Source: Yuukianura sp. NJ FZ-2021 (lineage: Eukaryota). From it: DNA of 64,000 nt. The stretch's first letter is position 1. Every line of letters begins with the position of its first letter. This document shows, in pieces, positions 11,801-25,112 of this stretch. Position numbers and translations under genes: made by a program. Location: NCBI GenBank assembly GCA_046563655.1, contig CM102286.1, positions 9,238,001-9,302,000 of the forward strand, read 5' to 3'. A model generated the notes under the pieces. That model made no database searches and was not told where the DNA came from. It saw only the letters and a list, made by a program, of their open reading frames with translations.

Positions 11801-14800
11801 ACCGCTAATGCAGACAAAGAATACGTAAATAAACTGTCACTAGGCAGTAGCTGCATGGAAATCCATAAAACTACAAAGCCATTTCTCAGTTCAGCGTCAT
11901 TTGATCTGCTTTTCCAAAACCATGAGCGGTTTTTTTAATTCTTACTTTACGAACCCATGTAATCTCTAATGCGAACTGTGGTTCAAGAAAGAACTTAACT
12001 TTTTAACCCAAACTTGATTAGGTTAAACTTGATTTTCTTGAATCATGAGTGCGCATACGGTTTAAAAACCCATGTCGTTCAACGGGAATTTGTTGCTGTT
12101 AATCATGTACTTGGATAACCTTTCCTACTGGAATTACATTATACGTGTTACATCTTTGTAAAAATTTAAGTCAATTAACCTATACAAGAAAATCCTGTAA
12201 ATCTCCAAATCAGAGCTAAAATTCAAAAAAAGCAAAACAAACAAAACTAAAACTAATCAGGATGAGGCCTTACAAAACAAACTTTTTCAAACAACATTAT
12301 GTAGTCAAAAACGGAAGCACGGTTTGATAAACTTTTAAGCAAAAACAAAATCTTCAAATCATATCTCACAACATGATGTTTGAAAATATTACTTAACATA
12401 TTATCAGACTAACTTTCGGTTTAGTTTTTAAAGAATTTAAAAAACAATTTATGGTTCAAATTTCATAGCACAAAATTTGAAACTTGTTGTCACCGTTGAT
12501 AAATATTGACGTTGTAAGCACTGGGGTCGATGACAACTGGTAAGATGACATGAGAAATGATGAAGCTTATAAAAAACAAGCTTTTGACTGTAAAGCCGTT
12601 TCAACTTACGTTGTTACGTGTCTCCAATATTCCAACTACCACTTTGCACACTTCATCACTTAACACAAATTTAAGATTTAATTCGATTAAGTGGCTCTAG
12701 TGTCCAAACCTGTTGAACCCTCTAGCCAAAAGAGCAGTTTAGCCTTTCAGCAGCCACAATAATCCTGATGAATCACTGTGCTTTCACAAATTGATGATGA
12801 TCCCATTCGTGTCAAAATTTTAACAAACGCTAACTAGTTCCCGTGTCCTTGGCTTCACTTGGTGTTTATTACCAAACTTAATTACTGTTGAGGTCGACGA
12901 GTACAATAAGTTGAAATTTGGAAAATACGATCAACTTTGGCACTAAACCTACAGTAACACGCCTCTTGTGCAAATCAAATCCAAGACTTGTAACCTTATG
13001 TTGTCGTAAAGCCAGAAGCACAATCACACTAACTCTTTTTGCTTTTTTAACTCGAAATGCTCCTTCAGCCTCTGTTTTTGTTATGGAATAAAATTGAAGA
13101 CGACAATCAGTGTTGGGAAATCAAGTGGCCAAAGAGCAAAGGGCTTGAGGCCAAAGCTGTATAAAATAAGACATGTTATTGCCTTCGCACAATTACAGTT
13201 TAGTGTCTGATTTAACTTGATTTGCGTTCAGTTGTCTATTCTAAGTCGCTCAAACGCCTCTGACGACGTGTCCTCTTACTTAACTCGTCTGCATTATATT
13301 AGCCAGTTCATCCACTTTAATTGTCATGGAGGTTAAAGTCATGAGGAGGCAAAGGCGCACGAACTAGTTTTTGTAATATATTTGTCTTCTTCAACGTTAG
13401 GCCAAAGTCATACTGCTAGAGTGAACTAAACAATAATGATAAAGCCTCATTGTCTTTAATTTCAAATTGAACAAATAATCATAGACAACCGCTAATAACA
13501 CGTCCTGACGCTTTCCAACTTAACCCTACTTGAAACACTGCAATACTGGCGCAAATTTTTTCTAAACAGCACTGAGCTTGTACAAACACACTTAAACCGT
13601 AATTATACTCTAATGGAATGAGCCTCTCCCTCCTTAAGCAAAGGCTTTTCATTTTTCAAGGATTTTATTGACAAAAAATAATTCATATTAGAAAAAAATT
13701 GAAGTATGCACAAAAGAGTGAAGTTCGTGCCCAGTTCATAACGTTAATTCATGTGAAAATTCAGGTTAGAATATTTTTTTTTTACTAAATTGGTTGTTAT
13801 AATTTCTTTGGTATTCATGTTCAAAATGATAAATTGGTGGATAATGTTAAGGTTGTGAAGGTTATGGGGTCTGTGAGGTCAGGTTTGTGGAAACAAAAAG
13901 CTGTCTTAACACTGAAAATCTAGGAAAAGTTGGACACGCGTTTACTGTCGCTGACCAAAGGCAACCCGAGGATAAGGAAGCTTTGTGAAAAATGAAGAAG
14001 AAAAATTTTTTTATGTTGTAGTTAGTAGTAGTTTTTGAGGGATTTCTGTTCCCAAATCCCAAGTGTCATTTTTTGGTAAAACAGCAGTTTCGCAAAAAGT
14101 TTTAATTTGACGCGACTCACAATTGGTTTTAAAAATTGGAAAGACAAGCTTTAAACGAAAGCAAAAAAAAAGTGAAATTCTAAAAACTTGGCAAACTGAA
14201 AACAAAGAGAAAACTTACATATTTATGAAATTCGCTTTCTCTTGTAGTGTTTCCATAATTTATTGCAAAAATCCTTAGAAATCCAGGTGGTTTTGAAAGT
14301 TTTAAGTTCACAAGCTCACTTCATACGCTTTGTAAAACAAAAGCGTGTTTTTGAACACTTAGGTTCCCAGAGGAGAATTTAAACCTACACGGAAACTTCG
14401 CGGTGTGCTCATAAAAGATTTCACAGGTCGAGGAATAGTAGAATGGGATTTCAGTTTTTGAAAAATTAATAAATCCCTGTTCGAATTAAATCAAATGTTC
14501 TACAATTTCTTTAAAAGGAAAAACTTCAGTAGGTGAAGGAAGGGTTGTAATTTTAGGCGTCTAACACTGTCTGTGAGTAGTTCAAAACTAAAAAAAAATT
14601 AGGGGTTGACTTTAGGGTCTGAGCAATCCTGTGTAGAGTTGATCTGTCTTCTATATTTAAACTTTTACCTCTGTTTTTTCCTGTTCATTTTAAAACTGCA
14701 CTTGCTCTAGCTTTACAACCGGAACGGATCTTCCGTTCTGAACTTTTTAAAGCTTTCCCCCCAGCATTCTCAGGATTTCGTGAAGCGTGTTAGGCTTAAG

Positions 14801-17249
14801 AAGTGTGTTCAAACACAAACGAGCTAGCGTATTATACACACAGCACTGTGTCACTTTCGTGCAATTAGCCTCAAAATAATTGTGTTCAGATGTGTAAAAT
14901 ACCTCAAATGTATTAACTTACAGGACTTCCCTTGTGGGATTGCACCGGAGGTTTGCAGAAGATTTTTGTTTGTTACGACTCATGTTACCGCTTCATTTCG
15001 AAATTCCTTTTTTTTTTAATTTTTTGTAACCTTCACTTTCTCCTTCAACTTGATATCTGAAATAAGTTCTAAGTTAGAACTTCTAACATTAAATCCAAAT
15101 TTAGATTTCCTGAAATTGTTTTGTATGCAAACTTCTTCTTTTGGTAAAGTAAAACCAATTTTTGTTTGTATTGTATTGTATCATGTCCAACCTCTTTCGA
15201 GGTTACCCACCCTACGGGCCCGTAGCCCATGGCAGGCTCCCGTTACCGGGAAGACCCCCTCCGAGCCCTGTCCCTCCAGTGTTCGATGAGTCTTTACGCT
15301 ACTTCTACTAACTGGAGTCGTCCAGATTTCGTTGAGTCTTTACTCTGCTTCTACTAACTGGACGATGGACAGGGGCGAGTGTCCTGCATTCGCACTACGC
15401 CTAGTGGAAAACCTTTTGGTCTCTGAGTACCACAGGGAAAAACACACTAGGAGACACTCGCATATGCCGGTGCTAGGCTGAAAAACCTAGCTCAAGGAAA
15501 GACAAGGCCATGGTGGTCACCCATCCAAGCTCCTCGCCCTAGCACACTTGCTTAACTCAAATGACCAATATAGAATATAGTCACTGAGCTATCCAGGCCG
15601 GACTTGAATACTTTCTGAAATTCTGAGTTGTTGCATCACAGCGTAAACTTGAACGTAAACTAAAAGTGAATCTTGAGCAAGTTCTTCAAAACAAATGCAT
15701 CCCAACGAAGAAAACGAAAGGTCAAAGGTCACGCTGAAAATTAACATGTTAGAATGCATGCAGACCGCACCCTGCGCCTCGTTCACCTTACACCTAACAC
15801 TCCCTGCGATAATTGAGCAATGATGAATTGACAAAAATTACTTATTGATATTCCGGTTCAACTCGTATTGTTAAGTACAAGCAACAGAATACAGAAAATT
15901 GATTTCTTTCAAAATGATGCATCAAAATTTTGTTTCCAATGATTTAAAAAATGTATTCCTCGCCCTGAAAAACCACCGAGGTCAGAAGTTGAATGTTTTG
16001 ATTTCCCGTTACGATTAGTTTATCTCTCTCAAGTACCACTTTGTATAGTATGCACTTGGAAATCACTCAATTGCCTCCGTAATTATTGTGCTTATTGGGG
16101 GAGGCTTTTTTCCGTACTTTTGAACGGAAATTAAGGGGTTTCGAACTCTGTTTTTCTTGTTCAAAAAAAGTAGAAGTGCTCACATCCATACAAAACCGAA
16201 ATTCCAGATTTCATGGTGGTCTTAACACTCTCCACTTCTGCTTCCACTAGTAGAGCTCCATCCATTGTATTTTTTACCGCCAAGTACTTGAACTGAGCAG
16301 TCCAAGGGGAATAATTCAATGACTCCATTCAGAAACCCAAAAGGCTAAACACAGAGTCAGAGTCCATAAATACAAAAGGCCGGTGCGGTGTAAACGTTAG
16401 AATGCTCAATTTGCTTATCCTAAAGAACTTAACGCAGCTTCATAATTGTCTTCAAAATGCTTTCCACGAAGTCCTAGATACCGAAAGTACAAGCAAAAGT
16501 GTTTAAACATATGCAATACTTGGAAAAGTGTTAACTTATTGTGTGAAGATGCGATAGTAAAATACGAGAAAACGCAGAAATAAGTTTTCCCATTTCAGGA
16601 AACTAACAACGTGTAACACGTCTCAGAACCATAATTTATGGATTGCATTTCTCTTACACGCAATGCAACTTTGTACTTTTAAAACACAATATTTCACACG
16701 ACTACACGATCGTAGCGTAGAAACATTGCTCTTTTCGTGTTTAGAAATCTGCGCCTACGCAGGTCGTTCTAATTGTCAAGTTCCACCATCATCGTGCCAA
16801 ATCCTATTAAAGTAAACAGCTCATCAAAATGTAAATCTGACGAAGGTGAGAACATTCTCAATTGCTCGTTAGGTGTGAGAACAACATCATAATTGGTTAA
16901 TACAAAAACAACAAAAAATGAATTATGAACTTTTTTTGCCCATTTTATGAAGCTTTTTTTTCGTAATTTAGTACAAACCTGATTGGACGTGATATTCCAT
17001 CTGTGTGCTAGTTCCAGGTGACAAGTTAATTAAAGTAGGCTCAGAACCATTATTGTTTTGAGCATAGTTAGAACGAAACCAGGAACTTGTGGGCGTGGCA
17101 TTGTTCGTTAGATTGGAAAAGTGAAGCGAATAATCTGACATTTGATGGTCTTGATTAAATTTGCAGGAAGGCGTTTCCGCACCTTCTGTTTTGAGTAGGT
17201 GCTGCTGTAGAGTAGGTGTTGATGAGCAAGAAGGTGTTAAGGACGGCAT
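2899..17249 (-). CDS. PHLDB: Pleckstrin homology-like domain family B (PHLDB/LL5-like) protein, partial (3' exons not in window). Exons: 17249-16979, 11303-11112, 9601-9413, 8630-7714, 7107-6809, 5343-4653, 4429-4328, 4195-3893, 3816-3592, 3502-3431, 3353-3161, 3067-2899
   Basis: All listed exons have GT-AG boundaries with mutually consistent phases. The spliced N-terminus gives an FHA domain (PTLINLSPG...SGVTMLG...IVLEGSGIAPQHCFIE...QLKHGNVIRLGDSNLLHFRNP). Family-like motifs follow: LDEVLAICEEY, EMEKALLLGE, YEDAEFQQME and coiled coils. The exon ending at 2899 finishes in a donor with no stop. The 3502-3431 exon is the least certain. Confidence 0.82.
15165..15600 (-). mobile_element. SINE with tRNA-like head and 5S rRNA-derived internal promoter (SINE3-like), in a PHLDB intron
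   Basis: The minus strand begins GGCCTGGATAGCTCAGTG (tRNA 5'/A-box-like), then GAGTTAAGCAAG...CTTGGATGGGTGACC (5S box A and box C-like). It has a GC-rich body, an internal ~45-bp duplication and an (ATACA)n tail. Confidence 0.7.
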
Positions 17250-18874
17250 GCTTCAAAGGCTGAACTTTACTTGATCTCAATTGTGACGAGGGATGAAATT
17301 CAGCAGATTTTGATGCTAAATCTGCTCTAGACAGATTCAGGAAGTGACCTCATTTTGCCCTCTCTGTTTAACTTTAATTTTGCTTACAACAACATTGGGC
17401 AAGTACTGGAGTATTGTTGATGGAAAAGTTGTTTTTTTGCTGAATCACTTTAATTCAGTCTGCGTCTCCTCCAGTCCACTTGAACTCGTCAGTGTTCCTT
17501 GTAATGTTTATTTTGATCGTCTTGAAAAGGTTTGCAAAATTTTTGGGTTTTGGAGTGCTGTGTTCCTGAGTCATGCAGAAATTAACTGTAAAAACATACA
17601 AGTGACACATTAGTGGCAGCAGAAACCTGGCAGACATTGAATGAACCACAACAACAAATTATTGCAAAAATACACTCTGTCATTACCATAACTAAATTCG
17701 CGCTTTCTCTGCTTATATGCTCTACTCATCTATTCGCATGAATGTTATTGGGGCTTTAGGCAATACGAGTTCGCAAGCTCCTGTTTTACGTCGAAATTAC
17801 ACAGGCATGCATGATTGTTCGGATGGGTTTGACAGGTAACAAGACAATAATTAACAACATGCCATTCACAACTTTTAATTTCTACTAAACCAAATATTTT
17901 ACCAGGGAAAATATGGGCTGAAATTTGACAATATGACAACGTTGAATAGTGTGTTAAAAACCATAGGACTTATGTTTCATTTTATTGTTTTGAAATTTCA
18001 AAATATTGATAGTGCCTTGACAGACTGGGTCCAAAAGGTTACCATAATTTTCTGGTCATTTTGATTTTGAAAAAAAATTATGTTCGAAAAACATTAGGTC
18101 TTATGTGTTTTGTGATTTCTTTCAGCCTAATCTAAAGTGTAACCTTAATGACTCCCTTCAACTAAATTGAAAGGCCCTCCAGAACCATGATTCATTGAAA
18201 TTGGGCCTAGAGATGCGGGAGTAAGTGGCAGCAGAGGATCCCTTCCGAGTGTCTAAAATTAACACCATCCATGTCTAAGGGAATTTTCCATTACAGACCC
18301 GAAGAAGGAAGTGATGACGGAGAGTGTAAATCAAAGTTAATTGTACAGTGTCATCTTTGTAATTACTTATTACAAGAGATAGGAACAGCATCAGAACGGG
18401 TCATAACCTTAGCAGACCAATACTTAAACTTATATACACTCCACTTCAATTTTCACACGTTCGGAGTCTAAAGTTTCACACTTCACGATGTTCTAATGTG
18501 GATGAGATCCACTTAATTTCGGTTGAGAAAAAATTGGATTCCATTTTAGTAATAGGGGGACTGGATTATTTGTCGGCCTGATTCTGAAGAACATGAGAAG
18601 CTCCTAATGAAAATTGGTCTCTGGACCATTTTTAAGTGCCACTGACAATGACAATGGAAGATGAAAGGTCATATGGAGGTCGCGGTCTTTCGGAGAAGAA
18701 ATTTGAACGTTAGGGTGAAACCTAATATACTTTGAGACCGAGACTACGATGACAGCGAAAGATGCAGTTCAAGGGCTTCGTTTGTGGCGGTTGAAATCTC
18801 CTTCGTGACAATGGAAACTTTCATTTCCTCAGAACTTTTCTTTTGTAGTGACTACCTAATTTCTACGAAGTAAT

Positions 18875-19128
18875 CAAGGTAAATAGAATACTACAGGTAG
18901 TGCGAACAGAGAATTTGTTAGGTTGCCACGGCATTTTTGTATGACGTCACTCGTTGAAAAATACCGTAATCGCCAGCTTATTATCCGAGGCGCGTATCTA
19001 AACATCAAACAAGATATGGGTTTCTATGGGATACCATCATTATTCCCCGAATTCCGGTATTTTTCAACGAGTGACGTCACAAACAAAAGCTGGCGTTGGT
19101 TGCTAAGGAGGCTGAACGCAGGGGGCTG
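18875..19128 (+). mobile_element. ~254-bp non-autonomous DNA element (copy A) with 9-bp TSD and internal 25-bp inverted repeats
   Basis: Flanked by the direct repeat CGAAGTAAT. Ends are CAAGG...GGCTG. A perfect inverted repeat TGACGTCACTCGTTGAAAAATACCG lies at 18942-18966 / 19055-19079. Homologous to 31604-31861. Confidence 0.8.
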
Positions 19129-19861
19129 CGAAGTAATGAAAAGCCTAGCCTAACTTCAACCACTTTAATTTGATTTTCATCCAATAACATTCTGGTTATT
19201 TTTTTTCGTTTTCTAAGAATTCTTCACTTCGAGTAAGGACATTTTTGGCACTTGATCCTCAAAATTCTTGGCCGTAAGACAAAATTTTCTTTTCAATGAT
19301 CTTGATCTTGTGTAAGATTATACTTTTGATTAATTTCAAAAATAGAAAATAGTACCGTTTTCTGCATTCAAAAACCGGGCTACTTGGTTTATACTTTATA
19401 CCACAAAAATGGTTAGAAATAAGGTCAGAGTTTTTTTTCCGTGATTTATTTTATGTCGACTTGCTGACTGATTATTCCAATGAAGACAATCCTGAACATA
19501 CTGAAAGGTCAGTTTCTATAAAAATAGAGGAAAATTCAATTTCAGGAGTTGTGCGTAACGATTAGTTACTCCAAAAAGAATGCCTACAAAGAAAATCAAA
19601 AGTTGGTGGCTAAAACAAGGCGTCCTTGGCTTAGCATTTCAAAGGAGAAGGATAGATTGTTTGACATATGTGCCAGGTCACGGCGGTGGATTAAATTGAA
19701 AATGTCATATTTGGAAGATGTCTTTTTTCCGTAGGATTATGAATATCACTTGAGGAGAAGACTTAAGGGCTTCCCCTCATTTCCAGACAATCCCTCTCCG
19801 TGCTTCTTCCACCAAATAATCCCATTATTAAATAGCGAAAGCTATTTAATAATCTGATTCA

Positions 19862-19862
<1 letters not shown>

Positions 19863-19916
<54 letters not shown>

Positions 19917-19917
19917 C
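19863..19917. repeat. (GTCT)n microsatellite inside the DINE-1-like element
   Basis: Directly visible tetranucleotide run. Confidence 0.9.
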
Positions 19918-20261
19918 CCAAATTATTATCTCAGAAACTACTGGACCAATTTCAACCGGGTTTTCGCCAGTCACCATGTCATGACCCGCACCTGTTCACT
20001 ATTGAATATCATCCGGATCCGTGACCTTTTACTGGGTCAAAGGTCAAGGTCATTGACCTTTTGAATATAAAACCGGAAAAATGACCCTAACAAAAGTTGT
20101 TGCTCTCATTGAGGGGAACAACTTTGATATATGAACCATGGGTCTCTGACCCCTCCAAGGGGGTCAAAACCGGGATCAAAGGTCAACATATTAACATACA
20201 GTGTAAATGGGCAAGGCAAGCCTGCTACCTTGCCCATTCACATATAAGGCAGTTATCCTAG

Positions 20262-21370
20262 GTGGGGGAAGAAAGCGGAAAGGGGGCGGAAAAGTGGGGC
20301 AACCCCCCCACTCCCTCCGGGGGGGGGGGCGGAAAGTGGGGGGAACTTTTCCCCAGTTCCCCCGGGGGGCGGAAAGGTGGGGGGAATCCCCCCACTCCCC
20401 CGGGGGGGGGGGCGGAAAAATGGGGGCAACCCCCCCACTCCCCCCGGGGGGGGGGGCGGAAAAGTGGGGGGAACTTTTTCCCAGTTCCCCCGGGGGGGGG
20501 GGCGGAAAGGTGGGGGGAATCTCCCCACTCCCCCGGGGGGGGGGCGGAAAAGTGGGGGGAACCCACCCCCACTCCCCTGGGGGGGGGGGAAGTGGGGGGA
20601 ACCCCCACTCCCCCAGGGGGGGGGCGGGAAAGTGGGGGGAACCTCCCCCACTCCCCCGGGGGGCGGGAAAGTGGAGGAAACGGTGGGAAATGTGGGGAAA
20701 ACTGTGGGGAATGTGGGGGAAACGGTGAGAAATGTGGGGAATGTGTGGAAAACGGCGGGAAACATGGGGAAAATGGTGGGAAATGTTTGGAAAACTGTGG
20801 GGAATGTAGGGGAAACGGTGGGAAATGTGGGGGAAACTGTGGGGAATGCGGGGGAAACGGTGAGAAATGTGGGGAATGTGTGGAAAACGGCGGGAAACAC
20901 GGGGAAAATGGTGGGAAATGTTTGGAAAACTGTGGAAAATGTGGGGGAAACGGTGGGAAATGTGGGGAAAACTGTGGGGAATGTGAAGGAAACGGTGAGA
21001 AATGTGGGGAATGTGTGGAAAACGGCGGGAAACATGGGGAAAATGGTGGGAAATGTTTGGAAAACTGTGGAAAATGTGGGGGAAACGGTGGGAAATGTGG
21101 GGAAAACTGTGGGGAATGTGGGGGAAACGGTGAGAAATGTGGGGAATGTGTGGAAAACGGCGGGAAACATGGGGAAAATGGTAGGAAATGTTGGGAAAAC
21201 TGTGGAAAATGTGGGTAAAACGGTGTTGAATGTGGGAAAAACTGTGGGGAAGGTGGGGGAAACGGTGGGGAATGTGGGGAAAACGGTGGGAAATGTGGGG
21301 AAAACGGTGGGGGATATGGGGGAAAGGGTGAGCCCCCACAGGTGAACCACATTTTCCACCCGGGGAAAAA
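20262..21370. repeat. G-rich minisatellite: G/C hairpin-type units (~20280-20670), then GGGAAA(T/C)GT-type units with a longer period (~20670-21330)
   Basis: Visible tandem units. Long repetitive ORFs occur in all six frames because the repeat lacks stop codons. Confidence 0.9.
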
Positions 21371-24027
21371 CCATCTGTTGGCTTGAGCTATTTCGTTATG
21401 CGCGGTTTACAACCGGTTTATTCTTTCCTCCTGCTTTCCCGGGAGATCATGGGCGGTTTCTCCGTCATTCATTAGATTAAGCACCAGTGTCATTACCTAT
21501 TTACCAAACTAAGGTCATGCCACCCCTTGTTCACTCTAACAAAAACCACTGGAATCAACGTCACAACTCAAACTTCAGGACTTAAATCACTGGTAGGTTA
21601 GGTTGCCCTAACGTAAGCACAGCAATGCAGAGGGGAGGTCTCCAGCATTTGACAATCCAGAGCATCACGGTTGGAACCGAAAAAGGTTTCTACCCGCAAT
21701 TCAACGGTCTCATCATTAATGCACCGCGACGCCGTCCCGGCTTTTTTTGGAACAGGATCAACGAAAGCTTCAGATGCAGTTGCAGTTGCATTTGCATTCT
21801 ACTTCAAAAGAGATTCCACTACAGCCAAGTTTCATATAAGGGCTTGTAAGCTGTGTATCATGTGGAGGCGCAGATGGAAGTTAAGGGAAAAGGGAGGATT
21901 CTGTAGGCCTCTAATGTTCATGGACATTCAAAAGTACACCTCAAGAGCATCTGTGTCAAAATCCGGGTAAATCCAGCCTAGTCTGACCCCCACTTCCCAG
22001 AATTCGGTCCAGTCTCTTCAGTTAAGAGGAAATTGAGGGAATGATGTGACATTGATAGAGAAATCAGACTCGGTTCGCCCAGAATCTTGATAAATGATGC
22101 TCATGTGTCAAAAGTGAATAAATAAAGTTTTTTTTTTTTTTGCCAAGGCATTGTTATCGCCTCATCACCCCCTAAGTTGTACTTTTGAGAGTGTCTTGGC
22201 ACACTACAAAGGAATGCGCGTGAATCATGCGTAAATCTTTAGTCACACTCAAATCGTAGTTTTTCACACACACTTTGACAAGAGTAATCGATTTAACTGT
22301 TTTTTTGAAAAAAAAAAAACACACTCTAATTGTATTTTTTAAGAAAACTAGAAAAAAGCAGAAATCACGTTTACCTCTACTCCACTTTTAGAGAGTCGAA
22401 ATTAGACACTGATCTGCTTTTGAACAAAGTGTGACAATGTTGATGAACTCGAATGCTTTTTCAATTTGGCGGGAACATCAGTTTGAGAAATGCCGCGAAG
22501 ACAGTCTATACCGCGAAGACAGTTTTAGAGTAAACGGCGACAGTGATGAATTCTTTCTGCGCAAGGATTTACTAACTTTAGCAAACGAAAACACAGTTTA
22601 AGTGCAGAAGTGAAGACAACTGAAAACCGCACAGACGATGTTCAATCATTTGTCACTGAACCACACTGCACTTCAATGTAATAAGAACACACTTTGGGTA
22701 TCGGTTACACACAACAGTACAAATGCTGAAAGGTGCTCATCCATTGTCATTGAAATTCTTCGAAAATCTTTCAATTTGCACCAAGACAATAGCCTTGACT
22801 CCGTCGTGTCGGTTTAATAGCCACTATGACCTTAGCACAATGGAGTTCCATTTTGGGCATAAAATTTGAAACTGAAAAACAACATTTTCGTTCTACGCAC
22901 ACTTGTGACTTTTTGCATCAACAAAACAATTGTGCACTACACGGAAAAAAAAATTCGTAGAATCGTTTTGCAATAAACCAAAACTGCACAAAACTTTTCG
23001 TATCGCACGACGCTTTTTATGTGTTAAAAACTTGACGTTTTTTGTCCAAAATTATCAATTTTGGATAATGAATGAGTGAAACTTGGTAGTTAATTATTGG
23101 GTTGTTAAAGAAGCATTAATAACCGCCACTTAAATTTGGAGGGAGTAACTAAACGAGCCTAAGCGTCTTTGGCACGAAGATGAAGTTCGATTATAAAGTA
23201 TGTGAAATAGGAAAACGTGAGTATTGTTTCACTAACAGCTTTTCCCTGTTTCTTATGGGTGTACACTTTGGAAGATCGTTTGACTTACTGCAAGCATCAA
23301 GTACAATAGGAACCGTCTTTAGGACCTGCAAAGCCAAAAAGATCCATGAATTCAATTTTGAAGTTTCCCTCCCAAACAGAATACGGGTGTTAAGGCTTGC
23401 TGCACTTTCCAGGACCCCTTATTTCTTTGTTCAAGTGTGTAAGGACATGGACCCTTTGGAACATACAGGGGACTTCAGTTGTAAAAATCCCAAGTAGTTG
23501 TAACATTGTTGACCTACGCGGCCTTGAGTCCTCAAGTTTGTATAAATTCTTGTTCAAATTGAAATTGCATCGATTATTATTAGGTGACTAACCTAAACCG
23601 ATGCCGAGGTTGGCCAAAACAATTTCCAAAAATTGTAAGCGTTCATTTATAGTTATCGGAGATTTTGATTTTGTAATTAGTTACGATTTATGTTTTTGGA
23701 ACAAAGCATGTTTTTCACATTTGCAAAGTCAACGACATTTGTACTTATCTCTGGCTGATGCAAAATGTTCTCCAAAATTGCTCATTTTTTCATTCAAATG
23801 ACCTTGTGTTAAAACATTGAAAGGTTAACGTTTAGAAGCGTCACATCCGCTGGTTTGATAGCAATTCATACGTTTTGTAATCTCTGATCGCATACTGCTG
23901 ATGACTGATCAGTCGCTACGCAACGGGGCAGCTGAAACGTCTCAACGGCTGCTGAGTTGTAGTCGCTGTCGAAACGGCTTTAGAGAGTTATTGAAGGGAC
24001 GCGTGCCACAAGGATCTTATTGATGTT

Positions 24028-24535
24028 TGTGAGCGCTCGCCACGGGCGAGACTCACAAGCATCCGTCTCCAGTGTCACTCCATTTATGGACAGGCCTTGA
24101 GAGCTGTATGGCTGATGCAACTATGGGTGTATATAAGTAGCGATCCAGATACGGTCTGGGACACTGTAGTAGGGCACTCTTTAGTAACACTCTGTAGTAG
24201 GAGTCAGAGACTCTGTAGTTAGGAGAATACCCAGTAGGAGTAAGAGTAGGACTCACTATGTGAGACTAGCACTAAGTACTAGTTTAGGGAGTAACTGTGA
24301 GAGCATGAGTAGCCTAGGTCAGTAGGATAAGTAGGAAGCAGTAGAGAAGTGACCTCAATAAACCATTCACCGGAGTTGGTCTGAGTATGGTCATCGGCCT
24401 TTATTGCCTCATGTACGGAAGGTCATATCTTAGAGGGAACCAGTGCACCCGCCGTCATACAGTCGAGATTGGCTCCACTGAGTCATCAGTGTGCTTCTGG
24501 AGGTATGACGACTCATCCATACCGCAGAGGTCACA
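24028..24535 (+). repeat. 5' LTR
   Basis: TGTGAGCG...GGTCACA. Contains TATATAA (~24129) and AATAAA (~24357). I see 3 substitutions relative to the 3' LTR. Confidence 0.93.
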
Positions 24536-24538
24536 TAA

Positions 24539-24557
24539 TGTTCCTTCGACCCGGATT
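24539..24557 (+). other. Primer-binding site, tRNA-Tyr-like
   Basis: TGTTCCTTCGACCCGGATT just after the LTR, 2 mismatches from TGGTCCTTCGAGCCGGATT (complement of the eukaryotic tRNA-Tyr 3' end). Confidence 0.65.
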
Positions 24558-25112
24558 TCAAATTTTTTTTCTCTCAACAATAACCTTACACAACTCCATC
24601 CGGCAACAAAAATTCGCGAACGCAACGGAGTAATCAGGTATGATTTTATCGAGTACAACTAAGGAAAATGTCTACAGGTCTAATCATTTTTAGCCATGAA
24701 AGCTTAACAAATTCTTTAGTAAATCCTAAGTCAGAAAGACCAACCCAATATTAAATCAATGACAATTAAAGTCAAAATTTTCGTTGCCAATAGAATTACC
24801 CAATAACTAACTAAAGAGTAAGCCCAAGAAATTTTCAATTTTCAATTTTGGACGCAAGAGCAACCTAAAATTTATTAATGCAAAAAAACGAAAATTTTTT
24901 TCTCTCAAAAGTAATTCATTGGTGCTATTGGATTGGTCTTATACAAGTAATTCACCCTTCCTTTAACAATTCCATGGACGGACTTTATTCCAGAAAATAA
25001 CTTTTTTGATACATTTCTATCGAACTCGGTCTACCGGAAAAACCCCAATGCTCCAACAGGTTCTTGGCTAACGAATTTAAAATAGAAAACTCCATTTAAG
25101 TTCTGAAGCGCT

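Larger units (their letters stand above)
19824..21422 (+). mobile_element. DINE-1/HINE-like (Helentron-associated) non-autonomous element with internal G-rich minisatellite
   Basis: 5' hairpin ATTATTAAATAGC-GAAA-GCTATTTAATAAT, then (GTCT)n and a core shared with 38114-38500. The subterminal GCTATTT at ~21387 is followed by a short 3' stem-loop (CGGTT-TAC-AACCG). This architecture is typical of DINE-1-like elements. Confidence 0.7.

Noticed and set aside
15500..15565. 5S rRNA gene
   Set aside because: Only the internal promoter region resembles 5S, and it is embedded in a SINE-like body with a simple-repeat tail.
16968..17249. Stand-alone 93-aa gene
   Set aside because: A donor at 16978 splices in phase to the FHA exon and supplies the start of the FHA domain, so it is treated as the first coding exon of the PHLDB-like gene.
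20191..21374. Six long overlapping ORFs (173-382 aa) rich in Pro/His/Phe/Gly
   Set aside because: They arise from a stop-free G-rich minisatellite open in all frames inside a non-autonomous element, with no protein-like complexity.
21600..22141. Short ORFs followed by AATAAA and a T-run, possible retroposed fragment
   Set aside because: No recognisable protein similarity or TSD.
24450..24520. Hammerhead ribozyme in the LTR (CTGATGA on the minus strand within a stem-loop)
   Set aside because: The required GAAA after stem II is absent (CCAA instead). Only a generic hairpin (CGTCATAC/GTATGACG) is supported.
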